60,242 nt of DNA from a virus (lineage: Duplodnaviria > Caudoviricetes): IMG/VR virus record IMGVR_UViG_3300036861_000387, positions 1-60,242 of that record; one strand, written 5' to 3'. The notes under the pieces were generated by a model. The model was not told where the DNA came from. It searched no databases and saw only the letters and a list, made by a program, of their open reading frames with translations. Below, in pieces: positions 10,445-20,933 of the stretch. The translations under genes were made by a program, and so were the position numbers. How positions within the stretch are numbered: the stretch's first letter is position 1; each line of letters begins with the position of its first letter.

Positions 10445-10873
10445 TCACGGCCCGGCCGCCTTGTCGCGCTCGGCGATGGCCTCCAGCTCGGCCAGTTGCT
10501 CCTCCCGCGATCTGCCCGCTGGCGGCTCGCTGGCATCCGGTGGCAGGCGGCGCAGCAGGTTGCGCATGGCCAGCCGGAACGACGCCGGTGGCGGTCCACC
10601 ACCGGAGTTCGGGTCGCGGGCCTCGATGGCGGGACGGTCGGACGGCTCGGCGGCCTGGTCGCGGGCGTTCAGCACCATGGCATCCAGCAGCTCGGCCAGG
10701 GTCGGGCGGAACCGCTGCTCGCGGCGGCAGCGGCGAACCGCCCGCCACACACGCTCGGCCGGGTACTCGGCCAGTTCGGTGAACCACTCGGCGGCCGTAG
10801 GGGGCTCAACCTGCTGGCCCGGGAAGCTCGCGTTGAGCTTGTCCACGATCCCGGTCCACTCCGTGCGGGTCAT
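10445..10873 (-). CDS. Replicative helicase loader/inhibitor (G39P-like)
   Basis: MTRTEWTGIVDKLNASFP..AEWFTELAEY..VWRAVRR..FRPTLAEL, directly downstream of the initiator. Confidence 0.7.
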   Translation of the reverse strand: MTRTEWTGIVDKLNASFPGQQVEPPTAAEWFTELAEYPAERVWRAVRRCRREQRFRPTLAELLDAMVLNARDQAAEPSDRPAIEARDPNSGGGPPPASFRLAMRNLLRRLPPDASEPPAGRSREEQLAELEAIAERDKAAGP

Positions 10874-11786
10874 CGCTGTCGCCTCCTTCCTGCTGCTCAG
10901 CCCAGTTGCGTAGCGCCTGGTGGGTGCTGAGCATCTGGGTGGTGTGCTTGCCGAGCACCACCGGTCGGCCGTTGCGGGCGTAGTCGCGCATCCGCTCCAG
11001 GATGTTGACGGGCTTGCGCTTTGAGCCCATGTGCAGCAGCTGCGCGAGGTCGTTCTGCTGGGCGCGTTCCGGCCAGGGGTCGTTGACCCAGCCTCGAGCG
11101 GCGTCCTCCACGTCCTCGCGGTCGTAGCGCGTAAGGGCGGCCTTGACCGCGTCGCGTCTTGCCTCGGTGAGCCTTGGTCGGCTCCCGGATGGCAGCGTTG
11201 CTTTCCAGGCGTCGAAGACGGCGCGGATGTCTTCGCTGTCTGGTCGGGCTGGCGCTGCCAGCGCGACGACGGTGTTGACCTTCCCTCTGCTATCGCTCTG
11301 TTCTGTTACTTCTACTTCTATGGGGCCGGACGGGACATTGGGTCCCTCCGGACGCCCGCTAGTGTCCGGTCGGACGTTGCCGGACGGGGGGTTGGACGGC
11401 GGTTCGGGTCCATCTGGACGCTCCTTCGCCTTGTCTCGTTCCCTCCGTTTCCGCGCGGCCTCATCCGCACGCCGGCTATCGCGTTCCTGGCTGGACTCGT
11501 TGTGCTCGAGGAAGTCGTGGATCTCCCAGCCACCCTCGACCGGCTCCCATAGGCCAGCCTTGACCAGCTCCTCCGCGAGCATGTGGTGGCTCGGCCCGTC
11601 GCCGTAGTCGTCGAGCTCGACCAGGCGCCGCAGCATGGGCTGTGCGACGTACCCGTCCGTCTCGCGCCGGTTGGCGTAGGCGATCGAGGCGATGTAGAGC
11701 ACGGTCGCAGCGTGGGAGAGGTCGACCACCTTCGGATTCTCGAAGAAGTACAGGTCGAGCCGGAAGTACGCCTTGATACGCGCCAT
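10806..11786 (-). CDS. Phage replication initiator (RepA/O-like)
   Basis: YFRLDLYFFENPKV N-terminus, LVKAGLWE..GWEIHDFLEHN, coiled-coil, low-complexity linker and C-terminal VFDAWK domain. Confidence 0.8.
   Translation of the reverse strand: MARIKAYFRLDLYFFENPKVVDLSHAATVLYIASIAYANRRETDGYVAQPMLRRLVELDDYGDGPSHHMLAEELVKAGLWEPVEGGWEIHDFLEHNESSQERDSRRADEAARKRRERDKAKERPDGPEPPSNPPSGNVRPDTSGRPEGPNVPSGPIEVEVTEQSDSRGKVNTVVALAAPARPDSEDIRAVFDAWKATLPSGSRPRLTEARRDAVKAALTRYDREDVEDAARGWVNDPWPERAQQNDLAQLLHMGSKRKPVNILERMRDYARNGRPVVLGKHTTQMLSTHQALRNWAEQQEGGDSDDPHGVDRDRGQAQRELPGPAG
11285..11420. repeat. Probable replication origin (iterons) within the initiator gene
   Basis: About six copies of (C/T)GGACG with inverted GTCC copies, next to an AT-richer pyrimidine tract CTGTTCTGTTACTTCTACTTCTAT. 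Confidence 0.6.
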
Positions 11787-11838
11787 CAACCACCTGCCTT
11801 GGACCGGCCGGCGGGCGCAATCCGAGTCGGGAATTGGG

Positions 11839-13742
11839 TCATGGGGCGACCGCTTCCGACTCATCAATTGGCTGGCTGACTGGGATCAGCGCCACCTCGC
11901 CGCCGCAGTCGGGGCAGGGATCGTAGAGATAGCCGCGGCGTTCGCCTTCCCACTCGCACGCCTCGCGGATGATCTGAACGCCTGGCACCCAGACGTAGTC
12001 GACCGGTTCGATGCAACGCACGTTGGCGCTCACGGCGACCCGCCTCCGTCCCCCCGCGGCGACCCGCCGCCCGCGTTCCCACCCGTCTCGGGTGCCAGCC
12101 GGATGATGTCTGGGCGGCAGGATTCGCAGCGGCAGTCCGGCGCATGCGGCGTGTCATCGGTCAGGTCCAGCAGGGTTGGGTCGGCTGGCCAGCAGTGTTC
12201 GCAGATCGTGTGGGTGCCGATGCCGATGTGGCAGCAGCAGGTGCACGGGCCGAGAGTGGCCGTCATGGCGACCCGCCGCCCGCGTTCCCGACCCGGGCGC
12301 GCGTCCCGGTATGGAATGGCGGGCGAATCACCTCGCGTGCGTGCAGCGCGAACTGCCTGCCGTCCGTGGTGTCGATGTAGAGGTCATCTGGGCCCACGAA
12401 TGCCTGCTCGAACTCGGGTGGCAGGCCTTCCTCTTCGCCGAGAAGGGCCGAGAGCACGATCCGCAACACATCCTTTGGATTCACGACCTACCTCCGTCCC
12501 CGACCCACAGGTCGACCAGCAGCCCGGCCAGCAGCCCCAGGTCGGCGAGGGCCGCAGACACCAGCGGGTCGCCCCAGGTGTGGGGGAACAGTCGCCAGCA
12601 CAGCAGCGGCGCGCCCATGCCGACGGCGACGGTGGCCAGGCCGGCGATCACAGGGCCGCCTTCCCGGGCTGGTCGAACTGGTTGGTGGCGACCAGCCGGA
12701 TCTCGAACAGCATGGCGACGGCCTGTGCCCGGGTGGGGCCGATTGGCGAGGCTTCGAGCAGCCGCCCGATGGCGGCCAGCTTCTCCCGTTCCGCCCGCAG
12801 CTCGGCGACCACAGCCAGCGCCTTTACCGCGATCTCGCCGATGACCGACCCGTCGAGCGACAGGTTCTGCCACTGCTCGAAGTACGCCTGCATAGCGTCC
12901 AGGTCGACCCGCTCGGCGCCCATCACGCCACCCCCTCGGCCTGCTGGTCGTAGGTGAGGGCGGCGTCTACCTCAGCCAGCGTTTCCGCCATGTCTCGGAC
13001 TGGTACGCCGCGCACTGCGGCAACGAAGTTGTCCCGGGTGCGCTCCAGCGCCAGCCGTAACGCCTCTCGCTGCTTGCGGGCCTCGCGCAGCTCGGCGACC
13101 AGGGCCGGCACATCGGCTGCTGACTCCTCAATGGCAACCCACGGATCGACCTTGGCCGCGTCCACCCGGGCCTGTACAGCGTCTAGGTCGATACGTTCGG
13201 CGCCCATCACGCCACCTTCCTGACCCGCTCGGCGACCGCGGCGGCCTTGCGGTACTGGTAGGTGCGCCATGACGCCCGCCGGCAGGTCCAGCAGCGCCGC
13301 CGGCCGCTGCCGTTCTCCAGGTAGACATTGGCGCCGCTGAGCTTGTGGCCGCGCTGACAGTGGCTGCGCTGCTTGCGCTGCGGCGGGACCGGGACGTACC
13401 GCATGTAGACGAGGGTGGGCTTGTTGGTGAACGGCGCCCGGATGGTCGGGTCGCGGAAGCAGCCGCAGTCGCAGGGGCCGCCCCAGACGAGCAGGTCGCA
13501 GCATTCGCAGTCGGCTTCCCGGCAGGCACCGCACATGAGAAACGGCGGGGCGGCGGTCATGGTTCCCGCCCCTGGCCGTGCAGCATGACCAGCGTGGCTG
13601 CCTCGTCGGCCTGCTCGTCACGGAGCTCGGCCGCCCACTGCGCCCAGGTGGGCATGCCCTTGGTGGCGAACTTCGCTCGCCAACGCTCGTATCGCTGAGC
13701 CCAACGGTTGGCGTCGACGATGCGGGTCTCCTCGGGGGTCAT
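11839..13742 (-). other. Cluster of small coupled hypothetical genes, including the paralogous pair 12648-12926 and 12923-13210 (MGAERxDLDA) and zinc-finger protein 13207-13560
   Basis: Overlapping starts and stops; CxxC motifs; HCQRGH..NVY..RRCWTC finger like the C-termini of the HNH proteins. Confidence 0.65.
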
Positions 13743-14800
13743 GGCTGCCCACCGCCCAGCGATCCCTGCTCGGGCTCGGCAGAAGCGGCGGGGGGTCCGC
13801 CTCTGCCGGCCCGGCGCCCCCGGTTCACCAGGGAAGCGGGCTCCGGGGACGTTGGCGCCTCAGCGGTGGGCGGTTCGCGACCGGCCTGGGTGGCGTCGTT
13901 GCCCCTTGGACCCGCCTCTGAGGCGTTGGTGCCCGGGGAGGGGTCGTCGCGGCGCTCACCAGCGGTGGCGCGCTCGCCCTCCCCGGGCTCCGACCCGGGT
14001 GCCGCCGGGGGGGCCAGGCGGGCCGGGTCGGACGTCTGATGACGAGATGATTGGTTCATCTGTTCACGGGCGGCCAGCAGGACCTCGCGCCAGCTCTTGA
14101 GGTCGGCAAGGCGCCAGAAGTCCTCCCACGGCTCGCCGAAGGTGGCGAGCTGGGCGGCCTTCACGGCCTCGCGGTAGCGGTCGCTGACGATGGGCCGGCT
14201 CACCAGCTCCTTGGCGGCCTCGCTGGAGGCAAGCCGACTGATCGCCTCGGAGGTCGGGACGCCACCGTCGACCTCGGTCATGCGGGCGACCTCGACCACC
14301 GGCGGCGGTGCCGGGGTCGGGTCGGCTTCCTCCTCGCCGGGGTCGGGATGGGCGACGTTGAAGGCCATGCGGAGCGCGCGGCGGCACGCCTGGGCGAACG
14401 CCTTAGCGTCGGCGTCCTCGTCGGTGTAGGTCGTGCCGTCCTTCTTGCGCTTGACCTTGCGGCTCTTGCCGGTCCGCTCGGACGGGAAGTTGCGGTCGGA
14501 GCGGTGCACCCGCACGGTCGCGTGGTAGTAGACCTCGTCCTCCCACTCGCGGACCGTCTCAGGGCCGAGGTAGGCGGGGTGCTCGTTGGCGATATGCAGG
14601 TAGCCGGCGAAGTGGACGTAGGGCTTGCCGTCGTACAGCGAGACGTGCCCGAGCATCGGGTCCAGGTCATAGCGGTTGCAGACCATCACCAGCGCCTGGG
14701 CGCGGGGGTCCTTGGGGCTCAGGTTGAGGTAGCGCAGCGCCGCATCCCAGTCGACCTGGTGTGCGATGGTTTGCGGACGCCGGTGGGCAAGCTCGGTCAT
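13739..14800 (-). CDS. Single-strand annealing protein (Bet/RecT-like) with long disordered C-terminus
   Basis: MVCNRYDLDPMLGHVSLY..YVHFAGYLHIANEH..KAFAQACRRALRMAFNV. Confidence 0.75.
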   Translation of the reverse strand: MTELAHRRPQTIAHQVDWDAALRYLNLSPKDPRAQALVMVCNRYDLDPMLGHVSLYDGKPYVHFAGYLHIANEHPAYLGPETVREWEDEVYYHATVRVHRSDRNFPSERTGKSRKVKRKKDGTTYTDEDADAKAFAQACRRALRMAFNVAHPDPGEEEADPTPAPPPVVEVARMTEVDGGVPTSEAISRLASSEAAKELVSRPIVSDRYREAVKAAQLATFGEPWEDFWRLADLKSWREVLLAAREQMNQSSRHQTSDPARLAPPAAPGSEPGEGERATAGERRDDPSPGTNASEAGPRGNDATQAGREPPTAEAPTSPEPASLVNRGRRAGRGGPPAASAEPEQGSLGGGQP

Positions 14801-17800
14801 GCGGATGCCTCCTCATGCATGCAGATCGGGCATGGTTCGTTGCCGCGCAGGCCGGAGAGGTAGGCGTGATGGCTGTCCATCCTGCTCCGCAGCTCACGTA
14901 GCTCTGTGGTGACTTCAAGGGTGAGTCGGGCAAGCTCGGAAGACTGGGAGCCGGACAGTGACCGGCTGCTGGTCTCGCGAGCCACGGCCTCGATGTACCC
15001 GAGCGAAGCGGTCATGCCGATGCTCCTTCCATGGCCATGCGGCGAGCCTCTATCAGCGCTGCGGCGACCTCCTCGGGTGTCGCGGACAGCCGCCACCATT
15101 TCGTCGCCGCAGCCAGCCCGTGCGCGCATGCCTCCCCTTCCCGCTGGAGGTCGTGGACGCCGCCTCGCGAGCACGCGGCCATCCAGGGCATGCAGAACGG
15201 GCGGACGTGGCAGGTGTAGGGGTGGCGCGGGTCGGTGTCGCCGCGGACCGTGAAGACCTTGGTGGTGGCGGTTGTCAGCGGGTGCAGGTCGCGGAAGATG
15301 ACCCGCTCGATTCCATCCAGCTTTTGCCCGAGCAGGCGCGCGGACTTGGCCTTGATATAGCGGGTCCGGCAGGTCTCCGGGGTGACCTCGAACCAGTCGC
15401 CATAATGGGGTCGCCAGGAGCGCATTAATTCGCCTCCCCGTTCTCTTGCGCCTCACGCAGCGTCCGCCACTTCTCAGGCGGCAGCAGCACCGAGGCCGGC
15501 AGCGGCCACTCGTACACAGCCCCGGTCTGCCGGGCGGCGGCCTGGCCGGCGTCGTAGGCCGCCTGGAGGCGATGGGGGAAGGTGGCGGCCTCGGCGGCGA
15601 GGTGGTCGAGGTCGCGTTCGACCCGGTGAAGGTCGGCCTCCAGCGCGGCGCAGTAGTCGCGGTGGGCGGCGAAGGAGCGGCGTGCCTGCCGGCGGCCGGC
15701 GGCGACCCCGACCAGCACGCCGAGCGCCACCAGAGCACCGACCACCAGGAACGCGGGCAGGGTCGGGATCATGGCGCAGCCTCTTGGATCGGCTTATAGA
15801 TGGCGACCCGGAGGAAGCCGGCACCCTCGTTGAACACGGGAGAACCGTCATCCCGAATCCCGATCAGCGAGTGGTAGGCACCCTCTCGCCGGATGCCAGT
15901 GACGACCCATGGCTCCTTGTCGAAGGAGACGAGGCGGATGCGCTGGCCGACCTGCACTTGGTCGAGGAAGGCGGCCCGCTCCACGTACTCAGTCACGACC
16001 CACCTCCCGCGCCGGCCATGGCGGTCGGCGGTGCCTGGGCGGTGACCTGCCGGCACCACCAGCAGCGGGGGTCGTAGACGAGCGCGCCGTCAGGGTCGTG
16101 GGCGTGGTCGGGGTCGGCCGCCGCGGTGGCGTGCGGGTCGATGGCGGCGAGGGCGCTCATGATGCTGGCCTCATCTGCACGCGGCTGAACCACGCGGCGC
16201 GCTCATTGCGACCGAAGCAGTGGCCGCACAGCCGGATGGCTGGGTCGCGGCCGACAGTGGCGGTGAACGTGGCGATCAGCGTTTCCAGGTTCATGTCGTC
16301 GGCCCAGTTCCACGGTGCGGCATGCAGAGGGTTGGCGGAGGGGCAGCCGTAGCGGCGGTGAACCATGCGGCCGTCGCGGGTGCGGACGTAGCGGTTCATG
16401 GCCGCCTCCCCGTCGTCGTCGTGTTGGTGACCGGGAGCGCCCGCAGGACCTCGTAGACGCCGGCCAGCGCCCGGGCGCTGCCATCGAGGAGTTCGGGCAT
16501 GCCGGCCTGCCGCAGCTCGTTGACGGCGCCCTCGAGGTGGCCGGCGGCCAGGTTCAGGCGGGTGCGGGCCTTGCGCGTGTGGTAGGTGCGGGCGGCGCTG
16601 AGGATCATGGCGCACCCCGCCGCTGCTCAACGATCTTGAGCACGTCGACGACGTTGACGCCGTACAGGTCAGCGACCTGCTGGGCGACCTCGCCGACCGA
16701 GGCGTCGGCGTCGCCGCCGAGCTCGTGGATGCGGTCCAGGCCGACCTGCACCTGCTCATAGATGCGTAGGTCGCGGTCGGCGCTCATGGCTGCTCCTTGG
16801 CGGTCAGCCAGAACTCGGTGCCGTCGTGGTCGACCACGAGGATGCCGTCGACGTTGGCCTCGGCGACCTCGAACTCGGTGGCGAGCCCGTCGGCGATGCG
16901 GCGGTAGAGGTTCCAGAGGCTCATGCCGCACCGTCCCGCTGGATGCCCCACGCGGCCAGATGCGCCTGGTCGGCGCGGACGGTGAGCTGGTCGCGGATCA
17001 GCAGCAGCGTCTCCGCGCACGCCTGCTTGTCGGCGGCGTGCACGACCGGCCGCTGCAGCCGCAGGACGACCTCCGACAGCGCGGTGCAGACCCGCAGCGC
17101 CTCGAACTGGCTGAGGTGGACGTGGTCGTCGGGCCCGGCAATCTCGGCCTCGGCGGCCCGCTGGTAAGCGTCCTCGGCGTCCACTGCGGCCAGGGGCGCG
17201 CCGTGGAGGTCGGTCCGCTGGCGGGTCGGGTCGAACGGCACGTCGACGACCATCGCCGGGGCCTCCTGGACCTGGAGTGGCCGACCCGACCCGGCGGCGT
17301 CGCTGCCAGCGTCCGCCCGGGATGCGACTCCCGGGGCCGGAGCGGCGGGCGCCATCCCCATGGCTTCGCCCAGGACGCTTGCCGGGGCCGGGTCGGCCAT
17401 GGTGGCCGCGCCAGTGGGGGCTGGGGCGGCGAGGTCCTCAAGGAAGCCTTCGGGGTCGGGATGGCCGAGGTTCGGCCGCATATGGACGATCATCGGCCCA
17501 GGCTTCGGGGCCACCTGGTCGGGCTTGTGGCGCGGTAGCTGGTCGGTCATGAGTACAATGCCCCCATCTGTCGGTGGCCTCCGCGCTTCGTGTCCTCGGG
17601 GTCGGAGGCCGCTGGCGTTATGGACCGGTTGCCTGCTCCGCCTCCTTCCTGCTGCTCCGCACGCTCCGGGCGATCTTGTGGAGCAGCGCGGTCGGCACCA
17701 CCCACAGCTCCAGGTCGTCGCCGGGGTCGAAGGCGCGCCGCAGCGCGGCCTCCACCTCGGCATCGGACAGCCGGGCCGGCGGGGTCCGCGGCGGGCGGGT

Positions 17801-18598
17801 CGGGGTCGGGCGGCGGGTCATGGGCGCACGTACTCCGTGTCTGGCTCACCATTGGGTCGGCGGCGGCCGCTGGCGGGATGACGGATCCATCCCTCGGGCT
17901 CGCCCTGGCCGTCCCAGCACTCCATCGCCTCGATGGCGGCATCCGGATAGGGGTAGTCCCAGCAGTCGTCGTAACCGCCGCACTCGGGGTCGCGGCCGAA
18001 GGTGAGCCGGGCCGCACCGAACAGCAGCGGGTACACGCACACCTCGCCACGCCCCTCCGGCAGCAGCCGCTGGGCCAGAGCGCCTTCGTCCAGGCGGCTC
18101 ATGTCACCACCGCCACCACGGCGATGAGCAGCCCCACGAACATGGCCGCCAGCCCGAGCGCCGTGTCCCACTGGACGTAGTCGAGGCGGGCGCGGGTCGC
18201 CCTGGCGTCGCGCAGCGGGTCGGGGGTCGAGGTCATGGCGCGATCCCCGGCTCATGGTCGCCGCTGATCGGCAGCTCGAACTGCAGGGCGATCTGCTCCA
18301 GGTACCACTGCTTGTGGTGGCCGCCGTCGATCCAGAGGCCGCTCTCGACGAGCTCGAAAAGGATGGCGCGTTCCTCGTCGCTCACCGACCCACCTCCCGC
18401 GACCCGCAGCGGGCGCCGAGGTGGCAGGTGACCACGACCATCCCGGTCATCGGACCCGCCTCCCGCTGTAGGCGCGCCAGGCCAGGACGCAGGCGGCCTC
18501 CACCCCGACGACCACCCAGCCGAACAGCAGCGCCGTCGCCGTCATCGACACCAGCAGCACGATTGAGACGGCGAGGTTGTGCAGGGTCGCGGGATCCA
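14797..18598 (-). other. Run of about 16 small coupled early genes of unknown function (e.g. 15012-15425, 15425-15772 TM, 16396-16608, 16921-17550, 17618-17821, 17818-18102)
   Basis: Continuous ATGA/GTGA overlaps with phage-like codon usage. Confidence 0.65.
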
Positions 18599-19114
18599 TC
18601 AGGCAATCTCCTGCTGCCGGGTGCGGTCGGTGGCGATGACGAACTCGGCCGGGAAGTCGGACCAGCGGAAGGCCAGGAACGCGCTCGACCCGTCGCGGTT
18701 GTCGCGGCGCCGGCCCATGCCGGACCGGTAGCAGCCGCGGAATACGTCCAGGCGCGCCAGCGTCCAGGGGGCGAACCGGGCCGGGGTCGCGAAGGGATTG
18801 CGCTGCCGGGCGAAGCCGTACAGCAGGTAGTCACCCCAGCCGCGCAGCAGCTTGTCGAGCTCGGTCGGGGCGCCGCTGGGCCGGTCGCAGCGGATGGTGA
18901 ACTCGTCGCCGTAGCGTTTGTGGTACCGCTCGTAGCCGCGGACCCGGCAGGCCACGCGGATCTCGCCGTCCAGGCGAAGGATGATGAGGTCGGTGTTCTG
19001 CTGGCCGTCCTGCTCGGGTGTGCCCTCGGCCACGAGGTGGCGGCCGACGATGCCTTTCATCTGTGGGATGAGCTTGGCCTGCCAGCCGAAGGACGCAGCC
19101 ACGTCAGGACGCAT
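18599..19114 (-). CDS. Conserved phage protein, possible PD-(D/E)XK-fold nuclease
   Basis: EQDGQQNTDLII..RVACRVR..EFTIR..ELDK..GDYLLYGF pattern; overlaps the MT-A70 gene. Confidence 0.4.
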   Translation of the reverse strand: MRPDVAASFGWQAKLIPQMKGIVGRHLVAEGTPEQDGQQNTDLIILRLDGEIRVACRVRGYERYHKRYGDEFTIRCDRPSGAPTELDKLLRGWGDYLLYGFARQRNPFATPARFAPWTLARLDVFRGCYRSGMGRRRDNRDGSSAFLAFRWSDFPAEFVIATDRTRQQEIA

Positions 19115-20087
19115 CGGCCGCCACCTCGTCGCCCCAGACCTCGAACCCGTCGCGCTGGCCCCGCTCGAACATCGCCAGCCGCGGACCCGGGCTTGCCTGG
19201 CAAACCCGCTCGTAGAAGACGTCCGGCTTGCGGCTATGGCCCTGCACGGGCGCGGCGAAGTCCAGCCGCAGGCCGAGCTGGTCCAGCGGCAGCGATCCGA
19301 TGCGGCCGAAGAGCACGTGCTCGGTCGAGTACATCCACGAGAACGGGGTGATGCCGACGTTCTTGACCCAGGTCATCACGCACTGGTAGCGGGCGCCCCA
19401 GCGGTCCAGCAGGTCCAGACCATCGGGCAGGAACCGATGGGTAACCCAGAGGTAGACGTGGCAGCCGGCTTCGTCGGCGAGGTCGGGCACGGGAAGCGCG
19501 CCGATCTCGGCCAGGCTCATCGTCTGGTAGTCGAGGTCCTCCTGGTTGGTGCGTTCCAGCCGCTCGATCTTCTCGATGGGCCACGGCGGGTCGATGGTGA
19601 TGGCCCGGTAGGTCCCGGGCGGCAGCGGCACCTCCGGCTCCGGCTCATCGAAGAACCGGCGGGCGAACTCGACCGCGCCGCGCTCGGTGACAGGCCGCTC
19701 CTGGTCGTGGAGCTGGTCCTTCCACGCCTGGTACTCGTCGTCGGGGATGCGGCCGATGAGCTGCCACCGCTGCCCCACCCGCTCATTGATGGCGGCCTGC
19801 TCGAGCGCCTGGCGGTACTCGGACCCGCCCGACTCGTGGTCGGCTGGGTCGTGGTAGCCCGCGCCGCCCTTGTCCTTCTCGAGCACGGCGAGCATCTGGC
19901 CGGCCCGGCGGGCGGCGTCCACCTTGAACTCGGCCCACGCTAGCCAGTCGGGACGTTGCAGCTTGCGGGCGTAGGCGCGGACGATCTCGGCGCGGTCGAT
20001 GACCGACTTCACCCGGGCCACGTTGTCGGCCTGGGCGAGCGCCCGGCGTGCGGCGTCGACGCTCTCGACCTGGGCCAGCTCGCTCAT
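19104..20087 (-). CDS. MT-A70-family N6-adenine methyltransferase
   Basis: YRAITIDPPW, YQTMSLAEI, VYLWVT, TEHVLFG, HSRKPD motifs. Confidence 0.9.
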   Translation of the reverse strand: MSELAQVESVDAARRALAQADNVARVKSVIDRAEIVRAYARKLQRPDWLAWAEFKVDAARRAGQMLAVLEKDKGGAGYHDPADHESGGSEYRQALEQAAINERVGQRWQLIGRIPDDEYQAWKDQLHDQERPVTERGAVEFARRFFDEPEPEVPLPPGTYRAITIDPPWPIEKIERLERTNQEDLDYQTMSLAEIGALPVPDLADEAGCHVYLWVTHRFLPDGLDLLDRWGARYQCVMTWVKNVGITPFSWMYSTEHVLFGRIGSLPLDQLGLRLDFAAPVQGHSRKPDVFYERVCQASPGPRLAMFERGQRDGFEVWGDEVAADAS

Positions 20088-20344
20088 CCGGCCGCCTTCC
20101 CGGGGTCGACGGAGTTGAGAGCGTCGGCAAGTAGTTCGTTCGCCGGCTCAGTCAGCAGCTCATCGAGCGGCACGCCGAGGGCGTCGGCGAGGGCGCGCAC
20201 AGTGGACAGCGGCGGCTCCTTCACGCCGCGGGTGCCGGTCTCGTAGTTCGAGATGGTCTTGCTGGTGAGACCGACGCGCCGTGCCAGCTCGTCCTGGCTC
20301 CAGCCCTTCGCCTCGCGAAGCTGCTTGACGCGCTGTCCGATCAA
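20084..20344 (-). CDS. Cro-like XRE HTH protein
   Basis: VKQLREAKGWSQDELARRVGLTSKTISNYETG; first gene of the leftward lytic operon, divergent from the repressor; AAGGAG RBS with TTG start. Confidence 0.85.
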   Translation of the reverse strand: MIGQRVKQLREAKGWSQDELARRVGLTSKTISNYETGTRGVKEPPLSTVRALADALGVPLDELLTEPANELLADALNSVDPGKAAG

Positions 20345-20377
20345 GAGGACTCCTTCGGGCTGCCGCTTGGTGCGGGC

Positions 20378-20406
20378 ACACTAGAACAGCCGTGCTAGGC
20401 TGTCAA
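20378..20406 (-). promoter_or_regulatory. Leftward early promoter (sigmaA type)
   Basis: TTGACA-17 nt-TAGTGT on the minus strand. Confidence 0.75.
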
Positions 20407-20429
20407 GGGCGACAGCCGAAGATGGTTGG
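20386..20429. promoter_or_regulatory. Tandem operators
   Basis: ACAGCC-N6-GGCTGT perfect palindrome (20386-20403) overlapping the promoter spacer; second copy ACAGCC-N6-GGTTGG (20412-20429). Confidence 0.7.
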
Positions 20430-20431
20430 CC

Positions 20432-20459
20432 TTGACGGACAGTCCCACACCTGTATCAT
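20432..20459 (+). promoter_or_regulatory. Rightward repressor promoter
   Basis: TTGACG-16 nt-TATCAT upstream of the AAGGAGG RBS and ATG at 20508. Confidence 0.6.
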
Positions 20460-20507
20460 CAGCACACGTGTTCCACTGACAGCCGGTCCAGCAAGGAGGA
20501 CGACGCG

Positions 20508-20933
20508 ATGGGAGCGCGAGAGTTCGGCCACTTGGTCGAGCAAGCCATGGCCAAGAAGGAGATGTCTCAGGCCAGACTCGCCGTGCTGGTGGGTATCTTG
20601 CCGGAGGGCAGGGTGCTCAATGAGACCCAGATCCGCCGCATCCGTGAGGGCAGTCGTCGGCTTGACGAGGTGCTCGTCAGTCGGCTGATCGGTCTGCTCG
20701 ACCTCGACCCGGCCGAAGCCTGGCACGCGGCCGGGCTCTGGCCGCAAGGGCTCGACCCCGAGGATCTGCGAGACATCTCGGAACTACGGGCGGCCCGCCT
20801 GACGGCGGCGAGTCGGGCCGCGTCGCCTGAGGGGGCTTCGCTCGCCGCCCCTGTCTCTTCTTCGTCGAATCCTGAGGACCTTATGCGCGCTTGTGCGCCA
20901 TCCGCAGGTCAAGAGCTACGTAAGGCGGCCTGA
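20508..20933 (+). CDS. Immunity repressor (XRE HTH) with C-terminal ssrA-like tail
   Basis: FGHLVEQAMAKKEMSQARLA..ETQIRRIREG; divergent from cro, immediately upstream of the integrase; ends RKAA. Confidence 0.75.
   Translation: MGAREFGHLVEQAMAKKEMSQARLAVLVGILPEGRVLNETQIRRIREGSRRLDEVLVSRLIGLLDLDPAEAWHAAGLWPQGLDPEDLRDISELRAARLTAASRAASPEGASLAAPVSSSSNPEDLMRACAPSAGQELRKAA

Noticed and set aside
2354-18400. Junction motif as L5-type stoperators or integron attC sites
   Set aside because: The motif is degenerate, coincides with RBS/stop overlaps and lacks RYYYAAC/GTTRRRY boxes; the recombinase shows no obvious IntI insertion
20864-20891. Second dif site or tRNA gene in the repressor tail
   Set aside because: Only one arm (TTATGCGCGC) is Xer-like and there is no cloverleaf; kept only as a weak attP candidate
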